Notes under the pieces: generated by a model
What the model saw: the letters and a program-made list of their open reading frames with translations, nothing else
Database searches by the model: none
Told to the model about the DNA's origin: nothing
Assembly: GCA_052034405.1 (NCBI GenBank)
Contig: JBPOIO010000016.1
Span: 1-56,714 of the forward strand
DNA from: Candidatus Magasanikiibacteriota bacterium
Lineage (GTDB): Bacteria; Patescibacteriota; Patescibacteriia; Magasanikbacterales; UBA922
Direction: 5' to 3'
Length of the DNA: 56,714 nt
Part shown: one piece after another, positions 18,827 through 28,580 of the stretch
Layout of the letters: every line of letters starts with the position of its first letter
How positions within the stretch are numbered: the first letter of the stretch is position 1
Made by a program: the position numbers and the translations under genes

Positions 18827-21343
18827 TTAGAATTGATATTTTTTGTAGTAGATACGTTTTGTTATTTCTATGACGCAGAGGTAGCAGAGTACAATTCCAA
18901 TGATGGAGAAGAGTATGTAGGGTGGGATTGGTGAAAAATGAAAGAGCTTTCCAAGGTGGGTAAATGGTATGATCCATCCGATTGCGGTAGCTACAAGGGT
19001 ACTGCCGAGAAGAAATTTGCTAGCACGGCTTTGGATGAATGGAAGGTGCCGTGTGCGTATTATATGGATAACCAGTGTCTGTGTGGCAAGTGATTCGAGA
19101 AACCATCCTGTTTGAAATTGTGAAGGAGTCAGGTGAAAGACAGAAAAGAGAAGTATGAATGTAAAAATATCAAAAAGAGAACTGATTGGTCCAAAAACAT
19201 ACATAAATTTTTTTACTGCGGTAAAATTCCATTTGTGGGGGTTACGGATCCAGTCTGCATCAACTTTATCTGATGGAATAGTTACTTGAGAAAAATCGTA
19301 AATAAAATTGTTTAAGAGTATTTGGATTGGAATCATTGGAAGAAAGGGAAGATAAAATATAGCAAACAGAACACTAAACATGTTTCCAAAGTTGGAACTG
19401 AGTCCCATCATAAGGTATTTCATGGTATTCCCAAAAGATCTGCGGCCTTCGGTAATTCCAGCAATAATTGGGCGAAGGTGTTTTTCGGTAAGAATTATGT
19501 CGGCCGCTTCTTTGGCAACGTCGACTGCATGTTCAACCGAAATACCCACATCTGCACTTTTGAGAGAGGGGGCATCATTGATCCCGTCACCCATATAACC
19601 AACCACATGACCTTGTTTTCGAAGTGCCAGAATAACTCGGTTTTTTTGTTCTGGAGAAAATCGTGCAAATATTGTTGTATTTTCTGCTCGAACAGCGAGT
19701 GCATCATCAGTAAGTTTTTCTATTTCATGACCAAGAACAATTCCTTTTATGGGAAGTCCAATATCATTACAAATTTTCTCTGTAACGAGTTCGTTGTCTC
19801 CGGTAATAACTTTGACTTCTACGCCATGAGATTCAAGAGATTTTAAAATTGTCCCAGCGTCTTTTTTGGCAGGATCAAGAAAGGCAACAAAGCCAAGCAG
19901 TGTGAGATTGTTTTCCGTTGCAGAATCTTTTTTGGATGTGATTTCTTTTTGTGCTACAGCGAGTACACGAAATCCTTCGCTACTGAGTTTTTGGTAGTAG
20001 CTATGAGTTTGGGTTTGGAGTGCTTTGCTGAGAGTGATTGTTTTATTATTTTTTTTGTAGTGAGTACATTTTTCGAGGATTGATTCTGGTGCACCTTTAC
20101 TAATAAAAATTTCCTGTGTTTTATTTTTTACAACCACACTCATCATCTTTCGTACAAAATCAAATGGGATTTCTCGAACTTTTTTGTATTCTTTTATATT
20201 TGCTTTTTTGTAGGAAAGAACGGCTTTGTCGAGTGGGTTTTTGACTCCTGTTTGGTGAAAACTACTGAGGTAGGTAGAGAGAAATACTTGTTCGTCTGGA
20301 GTACCATAAATATCTGTGTAGCTCACAAGTTCGATTTTGTCTTCGGTGAGGGTTCCTGTTTTGTCAGTACATAAAATATCCATGCTTCCAAAGTTTGGAA
20401 TCGAAGAGAGTTTTTTTACAATGACACCAGATTTGGCCATTTTTTGGGAACCTCTTGCCATGGTGATGGACATAATAACAGGGAGAAGTTCGGGAGTAAC
20501 TCCAACAGCAATGGCAATAGCAAATATAAATGATTCGAGAATGTTTCTGCCAATAAGGGCATTGCCAAAGAAAATAATAAGAATAAGGACAAGGATAATT
20601 TTTGTGATAAGAAATCCAAATTTGGTAATACCCATTTCAAATTCACTTTTTTCTTCTTTTTGAAGAATGCTTTTGCTAATTTTTCCAAATTCTGTATTTT
20701 TTCCAATTTGAAAAACAACAGCCAGGGCTGTTCCACTCACAACATTGGTTCCAAGAAAGACAATATTTCTTTGTTCGTGGAGTGTTGTAGTATCTTCTTT
20801 GTTGGATGTCTTCTCTTGTGGGTAGGATTCTCCGGTAAGGGCTGATTGGTTGACAAAAAGATCAGTTGATTCGATGATTCTTGCATCTGCGGGGATAAGA
20901 TCACCAGAGCTTAGAAATATAATATCTCCGACACAGATATCTGAAGAGTGAACTTCTTGTTTTTTGCCATTGCGAAGGACGGTGGCGGTAATACTTACTT
21001 TTTCTTTGAGTTTTTTGGCAGCATTATTGGCACTGTGTTCTTCAAAAAAATCGAGAATAACACTAGCAAGGACCATGATAAGGATTACGACAAAGTTTTT
21101 TATTTCTCCAAAATACGCAGAAATAGAGGCAGCACAAAGAAGCACAATAATGAGTGGATTGGCAAAATGAGAAAAAAATTCAAGGATAATTCCGACTTCT
21201 TTTTTTTCTGAGAGTATATTTTTTCCATAGATTTGAAGACGTTTTTGGGCTTCGTCTATGCTGAGGCCATTTTTGTCACTTTTGAGTTGTGTAAGAATTT
21301 CTTTGGCTGAGGCGGATGAAATATTGCTTGTATCGAGAGACAT
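18827..21343 (-). CDS. mgtA: P-type ATPase, Mg2+-importing MgtA type
   Basis: DKTGTLT phosphorylation site, TGES, TGDN, GDGINDAP, and the MgtA-like segment PIQILLNNFIYDFSQVTIPSDKVD. The ATG at 21343 (MSLDTS) is preferred over the longer ORF-track start at 21403. Confidence 0.88.
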   Translation of the reverse strand: MSLDTSNISSASAKEILTQLKSDKNGLSIDEAQKRLQIYGKNILSEKKEVGIILEFFSHFANPLIIVLLCAASISAYFGEIKNFVVILIMVLASVILDFFEEHSANNAAKKLKEKVSITATVLRNGKKQEVHSSDICVGDIIFLSSGDLIPADARIIESTDLFVNQSALTGESYPQEKTSNKEDTTTLHEQRNIVFLGTNVVSGTALAVVFQIGKNTEFGKISKSILQKEEKSEFEMGITKFGFLITKIILVLILIIFFGNALIGRNILESFIFAIAIAVGVTPELLPVIMSITMARGSQKMAKSGVIVKKLSSIPNFGSMDILCTDKTGTLTEDKIELVSYTDIYGTPDEQVFLSTYLSSFHQTGVKNPLDKAVLSYKKANIKEYKKVREIPFDFVRKMMSVVVKNKTQEIFISKGAPESILEKCTHYKKNNKTITLSKALQTQTHSYYQKLSSEGFRVLAVAQKEITSKKDSATENNLTLLGFVAFLDPAKKDAGTILKSLESHGVEVKVITGDNELVTEKICNDIGLPIKGIVLGHEIEKLTDDALAVRAENTTIFARFSPEQKNRVILALRKQGHVVGYMGDGINDAPSLKSADVGISVEHAVDVAKEAADIILTEKHLRPIIAGITEGRRSFGNTMKYLMMGLSSNFGNMFSVLFAIFYLPFLPMIPIQILLNNFIYDFSQVTIPSDKVDADWIRNPHKWNFTAVKKFMYVFGPISSLFDIFTFILLFSVFHLTPSQFQTGWFLESLATQTLVIHIIRTRHLPFIQSRASKFLLGSTLVATAIGWIIPFTHLGKLFHFSPIPPYILFSIIGIVLCYLCVIEITKRIYYKKYQF

Positions 21344-21448
21344 ATTTTTGGAGTATGCAATCAAGTTACATATTGTGTTAGTATAGCATTTTTTCCTTGA
21401 CAAGGCGAAAAGCCATGTTTATACTAGAGGAACTTTTAAATTTTTTGT

Positions 21449-22375
21449 ATGTGGGAATCGATTATTGTTATTTTGGGGTTGGTGGTATTTGAGGTTATTA
21501 GTAGTATTGATAATGCGATTGTCAATGCGCATGTGTTGAAAACACTGCCAGACAAATTTCGCAAGATATTTTTGGTATGGGGACTTCTTCTTGCTGTATT
21601 TGTAGTTCGTGGAGTCCTTCCTTTTTTGATTATTTGGATTGCCAATCCAAGTTTATCGCTTCCCGAGGTCTGGCAGGCTGCTTTTTCAAGTGGCTCTGAA
21701 ATTGAAAAATATTTGGCAGCATCAAAGCCCTTGCTACTTCTCGGTGGTGGTGTGTATTTATTTTTTGTTTTTTTGGCTTGGCTTTTTTTGGAAGAAAAAA
21801 AATATGCTTTTTTTGTAGAACATTTTATACACAAACAAGGTATTTGGTTTTATTTTGTATCATCTCTGTTTTTTACAGGTATTATTTACGTAGCGGTACA
21901 TAGCCATCCGATGCTCGCTCTATCGGCTGCGGTTGGTGCAACAGCATTCTTTTTGACAGATGGTTTCAAACAAAATGCAGAAAAAAAAGAAGAACAGCTT
22001 TTGCATGGATCAAACATTAGTGCTTGGAGCAAGATTTTGTATCTTGAGGTGCTTGATGCTTCTTTTTCAATTGATGGAGTGATTGGTGCCTTTGCTTTTA
22101 CTCTTTCTGTCCCACTTATTTTGATTGGAAATGGAATAGGGGCTTTGGTTGTTCGTGAGGTAACTATTCGTGGTGTAGATACAATCGCAAAATATGCCTA
22201 CCTCAAAAATGGTGCCATGTATTCTATTGGTATGCTTGGTGGAATTATGATTCTTGAAAGTTTTGGTCGTCATTTTCCATTTTGGTTAGCGCCTTTGAAT
22301 ACTGTTTTATTACTTTGTCTTTTTCTCTTTCTTTCCTTTCGAGAAATCAAGATGGCAGAAAAGAAAAAAGCTTAG
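21449..22375 (+). CDS. TerC/DUF475-like integral membrane protein
   Basis: 308 aa, polytopic, SIDNAIVNA motif near the N-terminus and a second half-repeat (DASFSIDGVIGAF). Confidence 0.6.
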   Translation: MWESIIVILGLVVFEVISSIDNAIVNAHVLKTLPDKFRKIFLVWGLLLAVFVVRGVLPFLIIWIANPSLSLPEVWQAAFSSGSEIEKYLAASKPLLLLGGGVYLFFVFLAWLFLEEKKYAFFVEHFIHKQGIWFYFVSSLFFTGIIYVAVHSHPMLALSAAVGATAFFLTDGFKQNAEKKEEQLLHGSNISAWSKILYLEVLDASFSIDGVIGAFAFTLSVPLILIGNGIGALVVREVTIRGVDTIAKYAYLKNGAMYSIGMLGGIMILESFGRHFPFWLAPLNTVLLLCLFLFLSFREIKMAEKKKA

Positions 22376-22380
22376 AAAAT

Positions 22381-22414
22381 AAAAAATATCCTGGAAATTC
22401 CAGGATATTTTTTT
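22381..22414. terminator. bidirectional terminator
   Basis: 9-bp stem ATATCCTGG/CCAGGATAT, 5-nt loop, A-run before and T7 after. Confidence 0.8.
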
Positions 22415-22422
22415 GGAAGCGC

Positions 22423-23052
22423 TTAGGATGTTTTTTGCAGTGTTTTTGTTATAGGACATTGGTCGTGGTTGTGCTTGGTCGCTGGGCCGTGCTCGCGGCC
22501 ATATGAAATAGCGCGCTTGGTAAAAAGAAACCATTCTTCTTGGGGAAGCAGTTTCATGAGGTCTTGTTCAATTTTTTGTGGATCGGTATGTTTCGTGAGG
22601 CGATGGTTTGTGGCAAGACGGATAACATGCGTGTCGACCGCAATTCCTTCTGCAATATTATGTACGTTGTTTAGTACTACGTTGGCAGTTTTTCGTCCGA
22701 CCCCCGGCAGAGCAACAAGTTCTGCAATTGTATTTGGAATTTTGTGTCCAAACTTTTCAATAAGCATTTTTGCGGCGGCAACAATAAATTTTGATTTATT
22801 TCGATAGTAGTTGATCTGTGAAATATACGCTGCTATATCTTCTGGTTTTGCCTTTGCATAATCGGCAAGAGTTTTATATTTTTTGAAAAGTTTTGGTGTG
22901 ACTTCGTTGACTTTTTTATCAGTGGTCTGTGCAGAAAGTATGACCGCAAAAAGAAATTCGTGGTCATTTGACGAGTCCAAAAATTTACCTACGGTGGGAT
23001 AGAGGAGTTTGAGGGTTGTGAGGACGATTTCGGCGCGTTGTTTTCTGGTCAT
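22423..23052 (-). CDS. nth: endonuclease III-family HhH-GPD DNA glycosylase lacking the Fe-S cysteine cluster
   Basis: 209 aa. HhH LVALPGVGRKTANVVL, catalytic Asp context AVDTHVIR. The C-terminus has one Cys instead of C-x6-C-x2-C-x5-C. Confidence 0.8.
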   Translation of the reverse strand: MTRKQRAEIVLTTLKLLYPTVGKFLDSSNDHEFLFAVILSAQTTDKKVNEVTPKLFKKYKTLADYAKAKPEDIAAYISQINYYRNKSKFIVAAAKMLIEKFGHKIPNTIAELVALPGVGRKTANVVLNNVHNIAEGIAVDTHVIRLATNHRLTKHTDPQKIEQDLMKLLPQEEWFLFTKRAISYGREHGPATKHNHDQCPITKTLQKTS

Positions 23053-23091
23053 AGCGGATTTATACTATCATAAAGTAAAATATTTTCCAAT

Positions 23092-23123
23092 AAAAAACCC
23101 GCCTGACAAAGGCGGGTTTTTTT
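23092..23123. terminator. bidirectional terminator downstream of the M23 gene
   Basis: Stem CCCGCC/GGCGGG, 7-nt loop, A6 before and T7 after. Confidence 0.75.
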
Positions 23124-23132
23124 GGAAGAGAG

Positions 23133-24791
23133 TTAATTTGGAGGGAGGTAAAAAAGAGGATTTACTGCAACATCGTTGACTCGAATTTCAAAATGGAGGT
23201 GAGGACCGGTAGAGTGACCAGTTGAGCCGAGCTTTGCGATTATTTGTCCTGCCGTGACTTTGTCTCCAATAGATACATTGAGTGTATCATTATTGGCATA
23301 GAGAGAAGTCACTCCTTGTCCATGGTCAAGGATAATATAGCAGCCGTAGCCACCGTTCCATCCACACTGTGAAACGCTTACCGTTCCTGCTGATGCTGCC
23401 AATATGTCCTCACCTTGTTTTCCCTCTAAATCCAATCCAGAATGGCGTTCACCAAAATATTGGTTTACGCTGTGAGATTTTGTCGGGTAGATGAATGAGT
23501 TGGAGATAGGAATTTTTGTATCTTCTCTTAATTTGGGTTGGTCGACAGATACTTCAGAATCTGTGAGTTCGGGTGCTGTTTCTATCGGAGCATAGAGTTC
23601 TCCTGGGGGAGTCTCTTTTTTCTCATAGGTTAATTCCCAAGTATTATTTTTTAGAGTATATATTTTACCATTGCTGTAAACCTTGAGAAAGGCTGATTCA
23701 TCTGGATAGTTGGACATCATTAATGGTTCTGAAATTTGAATCGAGTTTATCACTTGATTGAATCTTTTATCATATTCTTGCCAATGGTCATTTTGTGCTT
23801 CGTATTCAAAGGTATAGAGAAAACCATTTTTACTGAAGACAAAGGTTTTATGAACAGCATTTTGTTCGTCTGCCTCTTCGTGAAGATAGCCTTGTATATT
23901 TCCGAGTACGGTGACTGTGCTTAATTTTTTGTAATCATCAGCAATATTTTCTTCAGGAAAAGTAACGCTGGCAGCGATATATCCAGTGAATGGGTGTTGC
24001 TTTGAAAAGTGAGTTGTGGCTCGAAGCGCAATTCCAGCAAAACCACTTCCACCCCCACACATTTGAACTTCATCGACACCTTTTTCTCGGGGTACTTGAT
24101 ATTGAAGTCCCCAGTTTGGATTGCTGTAAATATACGCTGCTGTGCTCGTTGTGATGACCGCCTTTTCATATTCTATTTTTTCACAAATAGAGCTCATGAG
24201 GTCTATTTGTGAAGGCATATCAGTAGATTTGGGAATAACTCCACCAATGATGGGTTCGTTATTTTTGTCAAGAAGAACAATGTAGAGTTCGTTATCATAG
24301 TCACCTTCGCGCAGAAGAATATTTTTGACTGGGAGAGGACTCAGATCAATAAGTCTCTCAATATTTTTTTTGTTTTTTTGTACTCTATCTCTTGCTTCGC
24401 TATCAAGATTTTTTCCTTCGAGCAGGGAGCTGAAACTCATATAGGTTCCTGGAATATTTTTGTCTTTTTGAAAAATAAATTGAGACTCTTCAAAAAGAAG
24501 TTTTTTGCCTGCTTTGATTACTTGGCTGAGTTTTGCAGATACAACATTTGGTTGTGCTATAACAAGCACGAGGAGCGCTAGGGGGAGCATTAAAACAAGA
24601 AGTTTTTTCCAAGTAAAATAGTGGAACATAAAATTTTTATTTTTAGGTGGCTGTTTTTGCTCGAGAGCGAGAAATAGTTTTTGTTCGAGTTCATTTTCAA
24701 AATCTTTTCTTGGATACGCCGAAATACTTGAGAGGAGTTGTTCGGTCTTTTCAAGGTCTTGTCGATTTTCCTTTTTGAAATTCATTCTCAT
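23133..24791 (-). CDS. anti-sigma-like membrane protein fused to a C-terminal M23 (LytM) metallopeptidase
   Basis: 552 aa. Short cytoplasmic N-terminus, one TM (LLVLMLPLALLVLVIA), large extracytoplasmic region. M23 motifs HSGLDL and GSTGHSTGPHLHFEI. 4-nt ATGA overlap with the ECF sigma gene. Confidence 0.75.
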   Translation of the reverse strand: MRMNFKKENRQDLEKTEQLLSSISAYPRKDFENELEQKLFLALEQKQPPKNKNFMFHYFTWKKLLVLMLPLALLVLVIAQPNVVSAKLSQVIKAGKKLLFEESQFIFQKDKNIPGTYMSFSSLLEGKNLDSEARDRVQKNKKNIERLIDLSPLPVKNILLREGDYDNELYIVLLDKNNEPIIGGVIPKSTDMPSQIDLMSSICEKIEYEKAVITTSTAAYIYSNPNWGLQYQVPREKGVDEVQMCGGGSGFAGIALRATTHFSKQHPFTGYIAASVTFPEENIADDYKKLSTVTVLGNIQGYLHEEADEQNAVHKTFVFSKNGFLYTFEYEAQNDHWQEYDKRFNQVINSIQISEPLMMSNYPDESAFLKVYSNGKIYTLKNNTWELTYEKKETPPGELYAPIETAPELTDSEVSVDQPKLREDTKIPISNSFIYPTKSHSVNQYFGERHSGLDLEGKQGEDILAASAGTVSVSQCGWNGGYGCYIILDHGQGVTSLYANNDTLNVSIGDKVTAGQIIAKLGSTGHSTGPHLHFEIRVNDVAVNPLFYLPPN

Positions 24792-25309
24792 ATAAATGTA
24801 TTGATCTGTGAAGAAATTTTTTGCATAGCACGCATGTAGGTTGACGCAATTGTTTTTTCAGAAAGTGAAAGTGCCTCTGCGATTTCTTTGTTTTTGAGTT
24901 CTCCAAACAGGCGCATAGTGACGATTTCTCGTTGTTTTTTTGGAAGTGTCTCTATGATTTCTCGAGCTTTCATAAAAATCATTTTTCGATCAAGCATTGT
25001 GTCGGGAAGAATCATGGTGTCGACGAGTTCACCGATGTCTTCAATATTGAGTGTTTTTCTTTTGTGTTTTCGGTAGTAATCAATGAGTGTATTTTTCGCA
25101 ATTTTAAAAATCCAACTCGAAAAAGAAATATCAGGGCGTGCTTCGTAGGTATGGTATTTTTCAACGGCTTTGAGAAATATCTCAGATACTAGGTCTTCGC
25201 TTTCGCTGCGCTGGCCTATACGAAAGCTGACATAGCGGTATATGGCCGGAAAGTATTGGTGGTAGTACTCAAGGAATTTGTTTTGTGGGTTGTGGTGTAT
25301 GTCTGACAT
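24788..25309 (-). CDS. ECF-type (group IV) RNA polymerase sigma-70 factor
   Basis: 173 aa. Region 2 (SEDLVSEIFLKAVEKYHTY) and region 4 HTH (LPKKQREIVTMRLFGELKNKEIAEALSLSEKTIAS). Confidence 0.85.
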   Translation of the reverse strand: MSDIHHNPQNKFLEYYHQYFPAIYRYVSFRIGQRSESEDLVSEIFLKAVEKYHTYEARPDISFSSWIFKIAKNTLIDYYRKHKRKTLNIEDIGELVDTMILPDTMLDRKMIFMKAREIIETLPKKQREIVTMRLFGELKNKEIAEALSLSEKTIASTYMRAMQKISSQINTFI

Positions 25310-25406
25310 AGATGCTTATTATAACGTACTCGGGGGGATTTTACTGCTTTTTCGAGTATTTTTACTTGTATCAAGCTAAATTATATATTTGTCCCCAGCT
25401 CTACCC

Positions 25407-25439
25407 TTGACAAAATATACTATTTACCATATAGTATAT
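25407..25439 (+). promoter_or_regulatory. promoter of the PadR gene with an overlapping inverted repeat (candidate operator)
   Basis: TTGACA (25407-25412), 17-nt spacer, TATAGT (25430-25435). Inverted repeat ATATACTAT (25415-25423) N7 ATAGTATAT (25431-25439). Confidence 0.55.
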
Positions 25440-25463
25440 ATAAGAAAGTAAAAAAAGAACCAT

Positions 25464-25796
25464 ATGCAATTTAGTAAAGAGATTATGAAAGGGGCTGCGG
25501 AGATTATTGTACTCCAGGCGCTCAAAGATCAGGGGGAGCTCTATGGATATGAACTCCTCAAAACCATCTCTGATGCGAGTCAAGGAGTATTTGAGTTTCA
25601 AGAAGGGACATTGTACCCTCTTTTGTATCGCCTCGAGTTCAAAGGTTATGTGGTGAGTGAAAAGAAAACTGCCGCCAGTGGAAAAGAGCGTCGCTATTAC
25701 TCAATCACTCCCACTGGGGATGGAGTTCTCAAAGAAAAACGAAAAGAATTCGATGCCTTTGTGATTGGGCTGAAGCACGTGCTTCATTTGGCATAA
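25464..25796 (+). CDS. PadR-family transcriptional regulator
   Basis: 110 aa. Winged-helix motifs LYGYELLKTI and GTLYPLLYRLEFKGYV. Confidence 0.85.
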   Translation: MQFSKEIMKGAAEIIVLQALKDQGELYGYELLKTISDASQGVFEFQEGTLYPLLYRLEFKGYVVSEKKTAASGKERRYYSITPTGDGVLKEKRKEFDAFVIGLKHVLHLA

Positions 25797-25921
25797 GTTT
25801 TTCCTTGCCGAAATTTACTAAACAATGCTCTTCGCATTTGGTTTGGTACTTTTCGGCATGAAAAAACAATCTAGAAGTTTCTTTCTGCAATCGCAAGAAG
25901 CGGCCGCTTTTTGAAAATACT

Positions 25922-27601
25922 ATGCCCATTACGATTGAACAATATATTGCTCAGTTTGAAGAGCTCGATGAATATGGCGAATATGCCACTCGGCTCAAAG
26001 AAGAACTGACAGATCATTTTGAAGACAGTGTTCACACTGCGATGGTTTTTGGCACCAAAGAATTGGAGGCCAAAGAAAAAGCGCTTCAGAAACTCGGTGA
26101 ATCACAGCGCATTATTCACGAATTTAAAACTATTATGAAATTTAATAACAAATGGGCCTTGTGGCTTGAAAGTTGGTTTATTGGAATTCTATCGATACCA
26201 TTTTTTCACTTTATGTTTTTGATGTTTGGATTTGGTGTTGACACTGCATCCACTGAATCGATTGCCTGGAAGAGTGTACTTGTTCTCTTTGCTCTCTACC
26301 TTATCTCTTCTGTCTTTCTTGCGCTCTTTTATTATTGCACTATTGGAAGATTACTGCGTTTTGTGGAGAAAAAGAAACAGGTATATCTTTTTGCTGTTGG
26401 TTTATTTATTCCTCCAATTGTATTTGCTTTTTTGTATTCAGAATTTACAACATATAGTTATAATGACTTTTTTTCATACCTGAGCTTTGCGATTGTACCG
26501 GGGATGGTGGATTTTTATTGCTATGTGAGATCTGCTTTCAAAAAGAAAAGAGATATGGTTATGAACCCGGATAAAAAACAGGAAAAAGTTTTAGGAAAAA
26601 CTGAAAGATTTTTGAAATGGGTTCCTTTAATTTTTTCTCTCGTCTGTATTCCACTTATTTTCTTCACCAATTATACTTTTATTCCACTTGATTCGAGTTA
26701 TAATAGAAATATCTCGGATTCTCTCACTTTCATTCGTTCTCTCCTTGAGAGTATTAATCTTCCTATTCTGGACTTTCATATCGATGGAATGTTTGGTGGG
26801 TATGAAGGGTTTTATATTCTTGCAAGTATCTATATCTTTTTGGCTATTATTTCTCTCTATCACATTATTCAGTTTTTTCTTGAAAAAAGCGCTGTGAAAA
26901 GATTGCTAGATTTTCCTTGGCTCCGATTGACTCTTCTTGTTTATATATTTTCACTTTTCTTTTTGGTAACGCCACCTCAGAACTCTAAAATTGAGTGGAA
27001 AGTACCTGTACGAAATATTTCTACAGAAATAAAACAAGATCAACTCGGTTTTACCTATAAAATGGTCAGTCATTTAGATCATCGATCCCTTGGAAGACAA
27101 AAGTCACTTTTTTTGTATGAGATAATTCCTGGCGGAAACTACTTTACAATTCGTGTTCCTGATAACGAAGGCGCCCCCCATACCTATTATCTTACTTTCA
27201 AAAATAACGATTCTATTTTTGACCTGGGTTCAGAATCAAAGTTGAATAGGTTAAATTCTATTGAAGACCTAGAAATTTCAAAAATTTCTGGTCAGGAGCC
27301 GATCAATGGATTTTTTGGAGGTTCCAAAAATCTACCAGCCACGGTTGACTGTATACAAGAAAAAGATCAGCCCATTGCGTATACTGTCATTCAAACTTTT
27401 GAAGGTGATGGCTTTGAGATACTTGAGCAAAAATATTGTCACAAACTTTTGTATCAGGGTAAAATAGTTTATACCCAAGAGCGAGCTAATCATTTGTACC
27501 AATTTGAAGTGATGCCAGAGAATCCACGTTTCGCTATCGTAAAGCTGGAAACGGGAGAGTATGGACCACAGGAAGTGTATTTGGTAGATCTTGGTTTTTA
27601 A
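25922..27601 (+). CDS. polytopic membrane protein with a PadR-partner-type N-terminal helical segment and a C-terminal soluble domain
   Basis: 559 aa. N-terminus IEQYIAQFEELDEYGEYATRLKEELTDHFEDS resembles the DUF1700/HAAS-type modules that follow PadR genes. Several TM helices. Confidence 0.45.
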   Translation: MPITIEQYIAQFEELDEYGEYATRLKEELTDHFEDSVHTAMVFGTKELEAKEKALQKLGESQRIIHEFKTIMKFNNKWALWLESWFIGILSIPFFHFMFLMFGFGVDTASTESIAWKSVLVLFALYLISSVFLALFYYCTIGRLLRFVEKKKQVYLFAVGLFIPPIVFAFLYSEFTTYSYNDFFSYLSFAIVPGMVDFYCYVRSAFKKKRDMVMNPDKKQEKVLGKTERFLKWVPLIFSLVCIPLIFFTNYTFIPLDSSYNRNISDSLTFIRSLLESINLPILDFHIDGMFGGYEGFYILASIYIFLAIISLYHIIQFFLEKSAVKRLLDFPWLRLTLLVYIFSLFFLVTPPQNSKIEWKVPVRNISTEIKQDQLGFTYKMVSHLDHRSLGRQKSLFLYEIIPGGNYFTIRVPDNEGAPHTYYLTFKNNDSIFDLGSESKLNRLNSIEDLEISKISGQEPINGFFGGSKNLPATVDCIQEKDQPIAYTVIQTFEGDGFEILEQKYCHKLLYQGKIVYTQERANHLYQFEVMPENPRFAIVKLETGEYGPQEVYLVDLGF

Positions 27602-28485
27602 ACTTTTCCCATTAGTTGATTCCACACAGACTCTGTACTTACAGAGTTTTTGTTTGGACGGATTTTTCGTCCATGATTTTTGGCATGTATTTTGGTAGCA
27701 ACCGCACCGATAAAAATCGCTTGGGAAGAATAATAAACAAAGAGCAGAAAAATAACGATGGTACTGGCAGCGCCATAGCTACTAAGTGTGGCGTTGTGTG
27801 AAAGAAGAAGTACAGAAATATATTTTCCAAGGGTAAAGAGAGCAGTTGTGATACTTGCTCCAAAGAGTGCTTCTTTCCATTCGATATATGCCTGGGTGAG
27901 AAATTTATAGAGAAAAGTAAATACCATCATCATGAGAAAAATTCCGAGGGCAAAACCCATGAAGGGAAGAAATTTTTGGAGGATATATATCTGGGAAAAA
28001 AGATTTGAAAGTTGTGAAAAGAAAATTTCTGTTATGGCCGATGCCATAAAAAGAGCTCCACAAGAAGTCATTGTGCCAAGAAGAAAGAGTTGATTTTTGA
28101 GATATCCTTTGAAGCCTAATTTTTTTTTGAGGCGAATACCCCAAAATGTATGAAAGGCGGTTTGGAGTTGTTCAAAAAAGCCAAGTCCTCCAAATAGAAA
28201 TGCACAGAAGGTGATAAGAGAAACAAATTTGAGTTCACGAAGTGGTGGAAGGTTTTGAAATATTTGGGAAAGCAAGTCTCGTGCATCTTTTCCAAAAAAA
28301 TTTTCGATTTGTGAATATATCTGTGGAGAGAGAGAATTTTGAGAGGCTGAAATAGCGGATAAAAATACGAGTAAAATAACAAAAGAGGGGAATGCAATGA
28401 GAGAATAAAAAGAAAGTGCTGCAGCGAGTGAAAAGGGGTTGTGAGAAAAATATTCTTTGAGTGTTTGAAGAAAAAGTTTTTTCAT
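27598..28485 (-). CDS. YihY/BrkB-family membrane protein
   Basis: 295 aa. LAAALSFYSLIAFPSFVILLVF start and six hydrophobic segments. Its stop codon overlaps the convergent gene's stop. Confidence 0.7.
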   Translation of the reverse strand: MKKLFLQTLKEYFSHNPFSLAAALSFYSLIAFPSFVILLVFLSAISASQNSLSPQIYSQIENFFGKDARDLLSQIFQNLPPLRELKFVSLITFCAFLFGGLGFFEQLQTAFHTFWGIRLKKKLGFKGYLKNQLFLLGTMTSCGALFMASAITEIFFSQLSNLFSQIYILQKFLPFMGFALGIFLMMMVFTFLYKFLTQAYIEWKEALFGASITTALFTLGKYISVLLLSHNATLSSYGAASTIVIFLLFVYYSSQAIFIGAVATKIHAKNHGRKIRPNKNSVSTESVWNQLMGKV

Positions 28486-28580
28486 AGGCTTTTATTATAT
28501 CATAAATGTTCAGCAATTTTAAGCACTTGCATATTTTTTTATCTACGAGTAGAATGGCACAAAGTTGCATGATAAAATAT

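Noticed and set aside
21344-21448. An M-box (Mg) riboswitch for mgtA or a yybP-ykoY (Mn) riboswitch for the TerC-like gene in the divergent intergenic region.
   Set aside because: Only about 105 bp are shared by two divergent promoters, which is too short for either aptamer, and no conserved riboswitch core strings are visible.
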